In this document: positions 22,864 through 34,600 of the stretch, piece by piece
Numbering within the stretch: the first letter of the stretch is position 1
Layout of the letters: the number at the start of each line of letters is the position of its first letter
Source: Naegleria gruberi
Lineage: Eukaryota
DNA: 64,000 nucleotides
Direction: 5' to 3' (one strand)
Assembly (NCBI GenBank): GCA_000004985.1
Contig: GG738847.1
The notes under the pieces: model-generated
What the model saw: the letters and a program-made list of their open reading frames with translations, nothing else
Databases searched by the model: none
What the model was told of the DNA's origin: nothing
Made by a program: the position numbers and the translations under genes

Positions 22864-25377
22864 TTATTGCTCTCTTGGAATTGGATTGACTGGTGGTGGG
22901 AAGTAGCCACTGTATGCGGTAACAACTGGAGTAGCGAAAGGTGGAGGAACCATCATTCCAGGTTGTGGATAATAATGATAAGGGAAAGGTTGCGGATTAG
23001 TTTGTGGATGAATAGCAGTTTGGGAATCAATATCAACAGATGTAATAGAAGTAGCATCTGCATCCTTAAAGCTCTTTCTTTGCTCAATTTCTTCATCATC
23101 CAACCAAGTAGGACCAACAGACTTTTCGAATTGATCTAGACTAACCTTGAAAAAGTGATTACGAATTTGAATATCTTCTATCTTTCCAGCCCAAGAAACT
23201 GTTCTGAAATTATTATTGTAAGATGGGTTTGTTGGAGGGAATTGAGGAGTATAGACAAATGGTGTACCAACTGCAGGTGGATATCCAACAATAGGAGGTG
23301 TAGGATAGAATCCAACTCCTACACCTGGAGGAACCATTTGTGGAGGTTGAGTGACTTGTGGCATTTGAGGGTTTGTTGGAGGTGTGGTTGTACTAGTTGG
23401 AGGTGTTGGTGTGGTAATCTTTGGAACGAATGCAGGAGTCTTTGGATTAAAAACGAAAGCTTTAGCATTAGGATTAAGTGTTGACTTTGGTTTTGGCTTT
23501 TCTTCTTCTTTTGGTTGTTCTTTCTTAGTTTCTGTGGCTGGCTTGGTTTCAGTTGTTGGTTTAGTGGCAGCAGAAGTGGTTGTTGATTCTGGAGCGTCCT
23601 TAATCTTGGAAGAGAGGAGAGAACTGAATTCCTTGAATGATGATGTTTCCTTTTCTCTATTTCTATTCAAGTCACTGGACTTCTTCTTGTATTCCATAAA
23701 ATGTTCAACAACTTCTGGTGTTACCTTTGGTACGAAAGGATGTAAGTGCAATGACATAATACTTTCCTTGATTGGATTTGGAGTAGAAGGACTTGTTGCC
23801 TTAGGGAATCCAAGTGGAGAAGAAGGAAGAGTTGGACTCATAGTACCACTTCCCAATTTTGGACTAACAGTAACTGGTTTAGTGAGTTGAGCTCTAATGT
23901 TCTTATGTTCTTCAATCTTTTGTGGAAGTGGAGCTGATCCAATAGTAAATGAATTACTTCTACCAGGTCTAGTTGTATCTACTAACAAATTGGTAACATT
24001 CTTTGGTTTTGGGGTTTCAATTGGAATACTTTGAGATTTCTCAATGAGAGACTTTTCTGGAAGAACTACTTGACTCACAGAACGGCTTTTACCAATTGAT
24101 CCCTTGATACCTTCAATAATAGGTGAGAGAGGCTTAATCTTGATAGGTTCCTTATCAAGAACAGCTTCTGCTTCTTGAGTTTGCTTTACAATTGGTTGAG
24201 AAGTAGGATGACCCTTTGGTTGCTTGTGTGGAGGTACATATTTTCCAGGAGTTGATGGTTGAGTAGCATTTGTTGCCAATGGTTGAGTAGTCTTTGGAAT
24301 ATTCTTCTTTGGTTGCTTTTTGAAAGCTGATGCACCCTTTGGATCACGAATAACAGAACTGTACAAGTCTTCTTCTGAAATATCAGTTTGTTCCAATAAA
24401 CCTCTTTCTTCCAAAATGTGAATACTATTAAGAGATGGAGCACTCTTTTCAATTTCTTCAGCAATTCTACTAGCTTTAGCAGCATGAGTTTTGTAGAAAT
24501 CAGAATTTCTGTCAAGATTTGTAGTATATAAATGTTCCTCATAAGTAGATTTAACACCAAACTTATTCAAGTTTTCAGAAAATTGATCCCATTGTCTTGG
24601 AGCATAAGTACCCTCTTCAAGTGAAATAAGTTCAGCTTCATTTTCTTCAGGTTGCCATTTAATTAATTCCTTTTCTGTTTGTTGTCTATTAGAAATTTCA
24701 GTATCAGTTTTGAATGATGTAAATGCCTTTTTAGCATTAAAGGTAATATTCTTAGCATAAATTTGTTGAACATCCTTTGATTTGAAGGTCATTGTTTCAT
24801 GAATAGTTTGAGTACCACTTCCTCCAATTAATTTAGCAAGTGTCAAAACAAAAACAAAATCATCATTTAAGGAATCGGCTTTAGCAGTGTGGAAAATACC
24901 TTCATAAACTTCTCCAGAAACATTGACAATTTCAACTACATGTCCAACGAAATTCAAAAAGAGGAAGAACATTCTCTTTCTGTTGATTTCAGACTTGTGT
25001 TTGTATTGTTCATTGTTCTCACTATGAGTAGTATTGTGAGTATTCTTTACACGAGGTGGGTTTGTATTAACATTTGATCCGTTCTTATTTTGATGTTGAT
25101 TTGGTTGTTGATTGTTGTTTGGGACTGATCCCTTATTGTTGTTATTAGCATTGTTTCTCTTTTGATTATTATCCATAGTATTATTACTAGAAGGAGAAGG
25201 CTTGGTCTTGTTACTCCAAGCAGAATTATTGTTGTTGTTGTTTGGTGTTTGTTGTTGTCCAGAGCTTTGATTCTTCTTCAGAGTTGTTGTTGATTGGCTG
25301 GAAGATGCTGGCGAAGCATTGCCAACAACACCAGAAGAACCAACAGCAGCGCCGCCGTTGTTTTGCTTGGACACCAT
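22864..25377 (-). CDS. ATXN2: Ataxin-2/Pbp1 homolog with an LSm domain and PAM2 motif; 837 aa with extensive low complexity.
   Basis: LSm-like region (FVGHVVEIVNVSGEVYEGIFHTAKADSLNDDFVFVL...) followed by LsmAD-like sequence, then a PAM2-like STLNPNAKAFVFNPKTPAFVP. ATG at 25377. Confidence 0.7.
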   Translation of the reverse strand: MVSKQNNGGAAVGSSGVVGNASPASSSQSTTTLKKNQSSGQQQTPNNNNNNSAWSNKTKPSPSSNNTMDNNQKRNNANNNNKGSVPNNNQQPNQHQNKNGSNVNTNPPRVKNTHNTTHSENNEQYKHKSEINRKRMFFLFLNFVGHVVEIVNVSGEVYEGIFHTAKADSLNDDFVFVLTLAKLIGGSGTQTIHETMTFKSKDVQQIYAKNITFNAKKAFTSFKTDTEISNRQQTEKELIKWQPEENEAELISLEEGTYAPRQWDQFSENLNKFGVKSTYEEHLYTTNLDRNSDFYKTHAAKASRIAEEIEKSAPSLNSIHILEERGLLEQTDISEEDLYSSVIRDPKGASAFKKQPKKNIPKTTQPLATNATQPSTPGKYVPPHKQPKGHPTSQPIVKQTQEAEAVLDKEPIKIKPLSPIIEGIKGSIGKSRSVSQVVLPEKSLIEKSQSIPIETPKPKNVTNLLVDTTRPGRSNSFTIGSAPLPQKIEEHKNIRAQLTKPVTVSPKLGSGTMSPTLPSSPLGFPKATSPSTPNPIKESIMSLHLHPFVPKVTPEVVEHFMEYKKKSSDLNRNREKETSSFKEFSSLLSSKIKDAPESTTTSAATKPTTETKPATETKKEQPKEEEKPKPKSTLNPNAKAFVFNPKTPAFVPKITTPTPPTSTTTPPTNPQMPQVTQPPQMVPPGVGVGFYPTPPIVGYPPAVGTPFVYTPQFPPTNPSYNNNFRTVSWAGKIEDIQIRNHFFKVSLDQFEKSVGPTWLDDEEIEQRKSFKDADATSITSVDIDSQTAIHPQTNPQPFPYHYYPQPGMMVPPPFATPVVTAYSGYFPPPVNPIPREQ

Positions 25378-25578
25378 TTTTTTAAACTTTAAATAATTTA
25401 TTTTTAAATTTGTGATGCGTTATTTGGGATGAAGCATACAGATTTCAATTCCCGCCAAAATAAGTAATTAGGGAATGTGATTTCGGTGAGGATTCATTAA
25501 TCTGGTGTTGGATATTCCTTTGCTTCTGAATTATGTCACATTGTAGATTGTGTTTAATTTGGTAATGGGGGAAATGTA

Positions 25579-26814
25579 TTATTTTGAGGTGGAAACTGAA
25601 AGAGTTGAGGAACAATAAGGACAACTACCAAAGACTGTATCAAAGGATTGATGAGTGCCTGGAATTGATCTCAACCATTCAATGAGACACTCAGAATGGA
25701 ATGGCATACCACACTTGACATTATCACAGACCTTATCTGGGATTTTCATGTTGAGACGATAAGAGTAGCAGACACCACAATTTTCAGAGAATTCATCTTG
25801 TTCTGTGGTTGGGTCGGTTGAAGGTTTTGGAAATTCGATATCCATAAGTGTTTCCAAATTCTCTCGTAATAGTTTGTTCATATTCCACTTGTTTCTATTG
25901 TTATTGAGGTTGAACTTTAGGGGTGAAATAATTGAATCAGATCCCAAAAGTTTGATATCTTTTGGTTTTTCTCTAGGTTTGAATGGATCAATAACTATTT
26001 GCATTGAGCAATGGTTACCAATGACAATACGTCTCATGGTGTGAGCTCGTGTTGGTTTCTCAGGTTCTAAAACTCGAACATTGGTATCAAAATCCTCAAT
26101 AACATCAAAAAAGTCACTAATCTTCTCAATCATTTCCTTATATTTTTCATAAATGATTGAAAGTGTTAATTTAGATGACAACAAATCCTTCTGTTGAAAA
26201 TCATTAGAAGTATCCATATCTTGTGAGCTATTTACAATATTTAACAAATCTTGATCAATTATTGATTGACATTCGGGTGGTATTTCTGCTGTTGTCATTT
26301 CCATATTTGAGGTTTTCACTTCCACAAAATGGTCTCGCCTCTTTTTATCTACAACTGACAAAGTTACCACTGACAAGTCCACCTTCAAATCAGCAACTTT
26401 ATCCCATCCAATTTCATCTATTTGTTTCATAAATTGTTGATAGAAGTTTCCAGATATTTCACTCTTTACAGTTTCCTCTCGATTATTATTTACACCTTGA
26501 ATTTGTTCTAATGAATTTTTCATTTCCATCAATATATTAGGAATTGGCTTTTTATCATGTTTTGCCATTCTATTCATTAAAATTTGTTGATAGGTTTGTC
26601 CTCCTACATTTGGTTTTTTAGAAAGTAATTCTTGTAGTGGTGGAGATCCTAGAATTTCCATTGTTTTTAAATCTGCACCTTCTTTTTTAAATTTAATTTG
26701 ACAAGAAACCTCACAACAATTGTTCAAGTTGATAAATCCGTGATATTGTGTAAAATCACTATTCATCGGAACGAGTAGTGGAAGAAAATCAGGGAGGTTT
26801 TGTTGTTGAGACAT
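25579..26814 (-). CDS. FANCL: FANCL-like E3 ubiquitin ligase (Fanconi anaemia core complex), single exon, 411 aa.
   Basis: The C-terminal PHD/RING-type Cys/His signature CGVCYSYRL...VCDNVKCGMPFHSECLIEWLRS...FGSCPYCS matches the FANCL RING. ATG at 26814. Confidence 0.8.
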   Translation of the reverse strand: MSQQQNLPDFLPLLVPMNSDFTQYHGFINLNNCCEVSCQIKFKKEGADLKTMEILGSPPLQELLSKKPNVGGQTYQQILMNRMAKHDKKPIPNILMEMKNSLEQIQGVNNNREETVKSEISGNFYQQFMKQIDEIGWDKVADLKVDLSVVTLSVVDKKRRDHFVEVKTSNMEMTTAEIPPECQSIIDQDLLNIVNSSQDMDTSNDFQQKDLLSSKLTLSIIYEKYKEMIEKISDFFDVIEDFDTNVRVLEPEKPTRAHTMRRIVIGNHCSMQIVIDPFKPREKPKDIKLLGSDSIISPLKFNLNNNRNKWNMNKLLRENLETLMDIEFPKPSTDPTTEQDEFSENCGVCYSYRLNMKIPDKVCDNVKCGMPFHSECLIEWLRSIPGTHQSFDTVFGSCPYCSSTLSVSTSK

Positions 26815-26936
26815 TTTTTTGTAATGTTAAACTGGTTGTTGGCAAGTAATAAGTGGAAATACAATGAATAGAATGGCAAAACAATAGATGCTAATTGACA
26901 GTGGACTATTGTTTATATTGTGTTTGGAATATGTAT

Positions 26937-28103
26937 TTATCCATTCATTTCTTCATCTTCATCAATAAAATCTTCGACAGCATCTTCCCATTCATCATCA
27001 TTTTCATCAATAATGTCGTCTGGAATAACACCTCCTAATTTTTGCTTCATGTTATTCAAATCTTCTTGAATTTCCTTCAAAAACATGCCATCTTCTTTAA
27101 CTTTCTTACCAATATTTAAGGCCTTTTCAAGATATTTAACAGCAATATCTGTTTGTCCTAAAGAATCAATACAAATACCCAATAAATACCACAAATCTAC
27201 GACTTCATCAAATTGGTCCTTCAATTGTTCCAGTATAGTTTTAGCTTCTTGATGTAATTGTAATTCAATAAGATTTTTAGCAGTTGATAATTTGAAATCA
27301 TATCCCATAACTAAATCAGAATATGTTGAATTTGTAGATTCCTTCAATCTATTTCCTTCATCAATAACTTTTTGAGCAACAATTTGCATAATACTCTTTC
27401 CTTCTTCTGGTTTACATTGACACATATTCAAGTGAGCAATTGTTTGTAAAAGATTAATATCCCAATTATTGAGTGGCACGTTATTATAAAATTCCTTGGC
27501 CATAGTAACACACTTTTCACATTCTTGTTCGGCATTTTCTTCAAAACACAAATCTGTCATGTACAATTCACAAAGTGAACACAATCCTTGTATGTATAAT
27601 TGTTTAATTTCGTCGTTGCTATTATTTGTTCTGATAATTTCTTGAATGATTCCGAGTCCATTATTAAAGTATTGAGCACTTTCCTTTCCTCCAGAAATTT
27701 GACCCAAATACATGATGGAAGGATAATGGTGTGGATTAACTATTTATTCGGATCAACAAATAATTAATATTATATATAATAAAAACATACCATGAACAGC
27801 TTGTTTTAAAAAGTGTTGTGAATTGGTTGGGTCTCCCATTTCAAGATAAATTTCTCCCATCAAGAATAACAATTCAAAAAGCCTTGGTGATGTTGAGAAT
27901 TTTCTAATTCCCTTATCCAATATGGTTCTACATTCTTCCAATTGGAATTTTTCCTTCATTTCCATCACATTTTCAATAATTGAATCAATAGTCATTGGTC
28001 CTGATTGCACAGATGATGAGGGTTGCGGAGTTGTTGTCTTTTTCTTCAGTGCGTTTGCTCTTCCGGCAGCACCAACGTTCTTTCTTCTGTGATTGTTTGG
28101 CAT
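26937..28103 (-). CDS. TPR-like helical protein with an acidic C-terminal tail. 2 exons: complement(join(26937..27739,27791..28103)), intron 27740..27790 (51 nt).
   Basis: Two same-strand ORFs join in frame via GTATGT...ATAG. ATG at 28103. The C-terminus is DDIIDENDDEWEDAVEDFIDEDEEMNG. Confidence 0.5.
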
Positions 28104-28194
28104 TTTTTTTAATCTTCAATTATTTTTACTTGCAAATCTTTTGAGAAGTTTATTTGTAAAATTGTTAAACAAAATTTATCAATTACACCTAAAC

Positions 28195-29130
28195 TCAAAT
28201 ATTTTTCATAATATTATCCCGAATTGGTTTTGGAACTACGTTCATCATAGCTTCTTTAGTAATTACTACTTCATTGGCCTCAACAGTAGTTGGTACCGAT
28301 AACGGCCATGATATTAAGCCTCGCACATAACCGTTTGTTTTTGTATGATTTTCAAGGCTCTTTTTCCAACCATTAAAACGTCCCTCCTCATTGTTGACAC
28401 GTTTACCAAAAAAATTTTCCGGTTTTACAGAGTATCTTGCTTTGTCCATTGTGGATTTTGTAATCTTGCCTAATGATGAATATTTACAACTAATGAATAT
28501 CAAAAATTGCTGGTATTGCACTATAATATCAGGTCCAGGACCGGTAGAGTCGTCTAAAGGAACAATTATTCTAAATTCGACCTCCCATTTGGTGGGATCA
28601 ATTAAATCATCAACAGTGATATAGTTATCTGTTTGGGTTGGCTGTTCACTAAGAGTATTTAAGTAAAATAATTTCTTGTTAACCGTTAATGGACTCTTCT
28701 GTTCCAACTGCCCTAATATTGTTGCAGCACCTTGGCACTTATCAAGGTTCAACAACGGCAAGAGAGCCAAAAATGTTTTCAAATTTGGTGAATAGAGTAA
28801 AACATTAGCAATAACGACTTCCAACTGTTTACCTTTACTTCTTGGATCAGTCAATAATGACAACAGTATAGCTTCTCTGAAGTAGGGTTTGTCTGTTCCA
28901 AGATTTTGAAGTGCTTTTTTTACTTGTTCGCGTTTATCAGACACTTTTTGTTTACTTTTCTCATCTTCAGTTTCTGGGTTACTGGAAGAAGCTGTTGATT
29001 GTGGACTGGAAGTAATTTTCTGTTGTTGCTTGGTGGTTGGGCTTGTTGCGGTCTTTTTACTTGTTGTTTTAGAGGGAGGTTTATTCTTTGCTGTGTCTTT
29101 GGACATTTTTTTGTTGGAAAGTTCTGTCAT
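28195..29130 (-). CDS. Hypothetical protein. The likely start is ATG 29130..29128 (MTELSNKKMSKD...), because the track start at 29148 is TTG.
   Basis: Uninterrupted ORF of about 310 aa with a Ser/Thr/Lys-rich N-terminus. No family recognised. Confidence 0.4.
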   Translation of the reverse strand: MTELSNKKMSKDTAKNKPPSKTTSKKTATSPTTKQQQKITSSPQSTASSSNPETEDEKSKQKVSDKREQVKKALQNLGTDKPYFREAILLSLLTDPRSKGKQLEVVIANVLLYSPNLKTFLALLPLLNLDKCQGAATILGQLEQKSPLTVNKKLFYLNTLSEQPTQTDNYITVDDLIDPTKWEVEFRIIVPLDDSTGPGPDIIVQYQQFLIFISCKYSSLGKITKSTMDKARYSVKPENFFGKRVNNEEGRFNGWKKSLENHTKTNGYVRGLISWPLSVPTTVEANEVVITKEAMMNVVPKPIRDNIMKNI

Positions 29131-29227
29131 CGAAGCAAACAACAACAAAAAATAAGGTTAATTACTCAGTTTACAACGAATTTGGCACCTCTGATGATTC
29201 CCATATGCAACTTTACAAGTTCCATCA

Positions 29228-30364
29228 ATGATCGGAAGACCAAAAAATTCACCAAATGCTGTTTTTCAACCACAACATGAATTCAAGTGTCACATTGGAG
29301 AGGAGTTACATCAATTTCCATTTCGATATGATGAATTTAAACCCATTATTTCTTGTGGAATAGTTCAGGATTGGGACGAAATGATTATTTTATTGGAATA
29401 TTGTTTGAAGAAGGTTCCCAAGTTTGATATGCAAGAGGGAAAATATACTAGGAGAGTTGTACTGAATGAACCATTGTTGAATCCCATAAAGAATAAGCAG
29501 AAATGGTTTGAAATCTTGTTTGAATATTTTGAATTTCATTCACTTGTTCCTCAAGTTCAACCATTGGCTGCACTTTATGCAAGTGGAAGGACAACTGGAT
29601 TGGTGTTGGATGTTGGAGAGGATTGTACTCAGATATTACCAGTTTATGATGGATATGCATTATCGAATGTGATGAATAAGATGAGATCTTGGGGTGGTAG
29701 GGTGGGAGGAGGTGATTTGACAAAATTTGTGGCTAGTCAATTGAGTCAGGTTGGAATAAGAAATCATAAATGGGAAGGAGATTTGAAATATGAGTCAGGT
29801 TGGGAGTTTTCCAATTCTGGAAGAGAAATTAGTAAGAAAATCAAAGAGAGATTGGCCTATGTTGCTCCTAATTATTGGAAAGAAGTGGAATTAAATGCAG
29901 AGAGTTCTCAATTGAGTAGAACTTTTGAGCTACCAGATAAGACCACCATAACCATTGATGATCTAAGGTTCAAGTGTGGAGAGGTTTTATTTAGACCATC
30001 AGAGTTTCTGGGAGTGGACTATGTTGATGGTGGTATAGATGATCTACTCATCAATACTCTATTGAAATCACCAATTGATTGTAGAAATGATTTTTCAAAC
30101 AATATTGTATTATGTGGAGGAACAGCACTAATGCCCGGCTTTAAAGAGAGATTGGAGTTGGAAGTTCAAAGCAGAATACTTCCTCCTCATTTACCTACGC
30201 CAAAAGTCAATGTAATTCAACAAGTGGAAAGTAGCTATTTATCTTGGATTGGTGGAGCTATCATAGGGTCGTTAGGACTTACTACTCATTATATATTCTC
30301 AAGAGAAGGTTATATGGAAAGTGGTGTGGATATTAATAGGCCTTATTCTTTGAATCTCAGCTAA
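29228..30364 (+). CDS. Actin-related protein (Arp family). The predicted product begins about 50 residues into the actin fold, so an upstream exon or alternative start is likely.
   Basis: Actin-fold motifs are present (LYASGRTTGLVLDVGEDCTQILPVYDGYAL, LCGGTALMPGF, IGRPK). The first ATG is at 29228. Confidence 0.7.
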   Translation: MIGRPKNSPNAVFQPQHEFKCHIGEELHQFPFRYDEFKPIISCGIVQDWDEMIILLEYCLKKVPKFDMQEGKYTRRVVLNEPLLNPIKNKQKWFEILFEYFEFHSLVPQVQPLAALYASGRTTGLVLDVGEDCTQILPVYDGYALSNVMNKMRSWGGRVGGGDLTKFVASQLSQVGIRNHKWEGDLKYESGWEFSNSGREISKKIKERLAYVAPNYWKEVELNAESSQLSRTFELPDKTTITIDDLRFKCGEVLFRPSEFLGVDYVDGGIDDLLINTLLKSPIDCRNDFSNNIVLCGGTALMPGFKERLELEVQSRILPPHLPTPKVNVIQQVESSYLSWIGGAIIGSLGLTTHYIFSREGYMESGVDINRPYSLNLS

Positions 30365-30422
30365 ATATGTCGAAACACTTTTATTTTCAATCTCTTTGAG
30401 GTTTATCATTAGTTTTTCTTTT

Positions 30423-31445
30423 TTATTCATGATAGTTCAAAGCACACTCTGCCAATTCTCTTTCTGGTTTGAATCCACTTCTCACATAGACGCCATTTGA
30501 AGTTGGATTTGTGGCATCAGCAAAGAGGAAAATCTTATCAAACATTAATTCTCCACTCAAAGAATCCTTCTTTTCGAATAAATGTTTGGAAATGGATTGA
30601 ATCATGAAGGAAGCAATACCTTTTCCTCTATATTCTTCCTCAGTCCAAACGTAGGAATATCTGCAAGCTTTTGGAATTGGTGTTGCAATAGTGGTGGCCA
30701 AAACTTTTGAGTCTCCTTTGCGAGTAATGTAAAAACTGTACTCTGATTGTGAAGGTTTCATGAGAATATTTTCCAAAATGAATTCTTCACTGAGTTGATC
30801 TCTGTTTGGAAAACAATATTTCCAGAATTTTTGGATCATTCCAGTGTAAATCTTAACTAGTTCACTATTGGAAGTGTCCAAAATTTTGACTTCATATTCT
30901 GTCTCTGTTTTTGGAAGTACTAAATTGTCTCGTGAGAGTGCATATGAAATCATTCTATCGGTGACTTGGTATGTTGGAGCTTTGCTTGAATCTTTGAATA
31001 AATTCACATATTCCTTACATAATACCAAGCATTCTTCCTCATCAGATAAAACTCCTGTCAACTTTCTTCCAAGTTTTCTAATAATTCCCTCAAGATCATC
31101 AAAAGACAAATCTTTACTAGAATTTTCAATTCTAAGAGATGTAAAATCTTGTGTAAATAGAATGTTAGTGAGTCCCTTCAAAATAGCATGTCTCAACTCT
31201 GTACTTTGTTCAGTAATGATTTGAAAACTCAGAGTCATAAAGTGTGGTGGGGTCCAAATTGCAACCATTTGAATATTAGTATTACTATCCTTCACAATCA
31301 TGAGCAATCTCTCATGAAGAGGATATCTGCTCGGAGAATCCATCATGGATTTTGAAATGCCAAGTTGCAAGTTATTTTCTGATGGATAGCGAGTGAGATA
31401 GGCACTTGCAGAGAGGAAGAATTGTGTCGTATCAGTGAAAAACAT
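30423..31445 (-). CDS. GNAT-family N-acetyltransferase domain protein, 340 aa.
   Basis: C-terminal acetyl-CoA-binding-like motif (YVWTEEEYRGKGIASFMIQSI). Single ORF with ATG at 31445. Confidence 0.55.
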   Translation of the reverse strand: MFFTDTTQFFLSASAYLTRYPSENNLQLGISKSMMDSPSRYPLHERLLMIVKDSNTNIQMVAIWTPPHFMTLSFQIITEQSTELRHAILKGLTNILFTQDFTSLRIENSSKDLSFDDLEGIIRKLGRKLTGVLSDEEECLVLCKEYVNLFKDSSKAPTYQVTDRMISYALSRDNLVLPKTETEYEVKILDTSNSELVKIYTGMIQKFWKYCFPNRDQLSEEFILENILMKPSQSEYSFYITRKGDSKVLATTIATPIPKACRYSYVWTEEEYRGKGIASFMIQSISKHLFEKKDSLSGELMFDKIFLFADATNPTSNGVYVRSGFKPERELAECALNYHE

Positions 31446-31608
31446 TACGGTGAGATCGGAGCCAGTTGATTTTTATGGCTTGCTAATCAGATTTGCAGTA
31501 TGTTAAAAAGATTTACACAGCCTCAATTCTGATTTTACAGTGAAAATAATTTAACTCAGGACTTGGAAGAAAAAACCTTCTTACAATAAATAGATATGTT
31601 ATTTACAA

Positions 31609-34600
31609 TTAATTATGCTCGAGTAGGTTTGCAAAGTCAGAGTAGGATGATAGAATCTTTTGTTGATATTCTGCGAGTATTCCAACAATCATTTCCTTTT
31701 CGCTTTCATCCATTTCATTTCTTTCAGAAATATCAAGTGCTGTTGCAACAAGGTTTTCATAATATTCCATTTGCTCAGGTTTGAGATTATCATATGTAAT
31801 TGGTCTATGGACTCTCATTATTTTTTCAAATTCTTCAGCTACAACAGAAGCCCTATCTACAATACTTTGTGGAACACCTGCTTTCTTGGCAACTTGAATA
31901 CCATAACTCTTTTCGCAAACACCTCTTGCAAATTGGTAAAGGAAAATAACATCAGTAATTCTTCCTGTTTCGTCCTTTTCAACTTCGCATTCCATTTGAT
32001 AAAAGTCAATACTTGGATGATGCTTCAACTCTTCAGTGAGCTCATAATAGTGAGTGCTAAACATACACAAACATCCAACAACATCAGCCATGTACTGAGC
32101 AACAGAATTAGCAATTGCATAACCATCGTGTGTAGATGTACCTCTTCCCAATTCATCTAGAATGACAAGAGAACGAGAAGTTGCATTTCTAACAATATTG
32201 GAAGTTTCCAATAATTCAACCATAAATGTTGATTCACCAGCAAGAATTCTGTCATTAGCACCAATTCTTGTGAATATTCTATCAATAAGAGTCAATTCAC
32301 AAGCCTCTGCTGGAACAAAGCAACCAATTTGTGCCATAATAACAGCAATACATGATGATCTGAGAATTGTTGATTTACCACCCATATTTGGTCCAGTAAC
32401 CAGCAAAGTGGTTGCATCGTCAGCCCCCATAAAAATGTCATTAGGAATAAATCCACTGGTTGTTCTAACAGTTGGGTGTCTCATCTTAGTTACTTTTAGT
32501 ACTGGTTTGTTTTTAAAAGGAAGAATCACTGGTCTACAATAGCCCTCTTGACTACTTGTTGTATAAAGAGAGAGGAGACAATCTAATTCTGAAATTGATC
32601 TCATAATAGTCTTCCAATATTGGTCGTATGTTGAAAATTCATTGAGGATTTCTCTGTACTGGTTCTCTCTAATATCATCCATCTTTGTTTGACGGAGTTT
32701 GCTTTCTGTTAATTTCTTATCAAGGAATGGATGGCTCCATTTACGAGTTTTTTGGTTCTTCTTTTCACTCTTGAATCCATCCGGCATATTATCAAGTTCA
32801 ACCTTTACCTCAGTTTCAATCGTCCATTGTTTAACTATTTTAGTATTTCCTTTATCAATTTTCATTTTGGCAGAGGGAACCTCTTCTTTAACTTTTGCAA
32901 TAAAATCCTGAACTTCCTTGTCAATCTCTGCAACCTCTTCTAAATACTTTTCATATTCTGGACCCAAAGAACCATCTATACGTTCTACAATACCCTCCGA
33001 CAAGGCCTTTTGCTGATCAATTTGGTTTTCAAAAGTACTTAAAACATTATCAATTTCATCAAGGTTATCAATATTAATTACTCTTTTCAAAATGCTAGAA
33101 TTCACAGATTCTGCATACTTTTGCAATCCTTGAACAATGATTACTCCAGCTCTCAAACTCTCTAATGCGTGTAAATATGGTTTTACCCTTCTTTTGCTTG
33201 TACTGGTATCAAAAGCAATTTCTTTTTGTACCTTTCTGGATTCTCTATACAAACAATGAAGACATCTTTCCAGATCCTTTATATTTGAGAGTTGATCTCT
33301 AATAGATTGAGGTTCTTCTATTATAGACATTATATCCTCAATAGCATCATATCTATCATTAATTTCTTCAGAATTCTTCAAAGGTCTTGTTAACCAATTT
33401 TCCAACATTCTTCTTCCCATAGCTGTGACTGTATTGTCAACCAAACTCAATAAAGTACCTTCCTTTGTTCCAGTATTAGAATTTACTTTGACATCCAAAT
33501 TAGTGAGAGTTTGTCCATCTAGAATCAAATGACCTGTATCCATTTTCCCGTCATATAATGAAAATTTGATCGTTTTAGATAAAAGTACATCTTCTTTTCT
33601 CAACTAGTTTGAAATATTCTCAATAAATATTGAAAAGTGGTGTTACTTACGTATTTCAAGTAAAATAAGGCCGCACCAAAACTAGACATAACAAGGTCAT
33701 TATCCAAGAATTGTTTAACAATTGCATCCTCTGAAATATGAGGCAGATCTTCAAGAAAATATTTTGTTACATCTGCTGTTGGAAAACCAGTGAATTCTTT
33801 TTGAGCAAGCTCATTACAAGTCTTCTTTTCTCTAATCACAACCCTTTTGTTATCAATATTCTTTTTAGTTTGAACAGAAGTTTGCCCCTTTTCAATAATT
33901 ATTTCGCTTGGGTTGATGGTGTGAATGAGTGTATTGAATTGATTTCTGTGAGTGTCATCTTCAATGAATCCAATATAGAAAGCATCCATAGAAATGTCCA
34001 AGAATGTAATACCGTATCTAGCATGCATAATGTCCTCCTTTACACATAGCAAGTACTGATTACCGTTGTCTGATATGAAATCCAAATCGGTAATAGTAGC
34101 AATAGTGGTAATGTCACAAATTTCTCTTCCAACACAACTGGATGCAGTCTTCTTTTCCTTTTTTCTTTCGTTTCTTTCTTCAACTGTTTCTCTTTAAATT
34201 TGATTATTTTCATTGAGATCATAAAATATACTTACGTTTGTTCAACACGCAAGCAATCATATCCTAAACTGATAAACTTTTTAGCATAATTCAGAAAGGA
34301 ACTTTCTGGTACACCAGCCATTCTCATGTTAATTCTTTCAGTTATCTTTAAATCAAACTCCTTCTTTGCTATATCAGCATCTTCCTCATACAATTCATAG
34401 AATTTTCCCTTTTTGAAAAACACAAGTTTGTCCATATGGTTTTTCTTTGTTGCCCAGTACTGTTGTTCCATTGGTGTTAAATTACTCATATCACCAGTTG
34501 AAATGTACAAAGTTGACTTGTCAAAATCAGGATCACTTTCTGGCCTTCTCTTATCATCTAATCTATTGGTAAGAAATGGAAATCTATCCTTTTCTTTTTC

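Noticed and set aside
28195-29148. Possibility that the - strand ORF here is spurious and the region hosts the missing 5' exons of the actin-related gene.
   Set aside because: There is no + strand ORF with actin N-terminal motifs (DNGSG) in the region. The - strand ORF is long (317 codons) with coding-like composition, so it is kept as a gene with low functional confidence.
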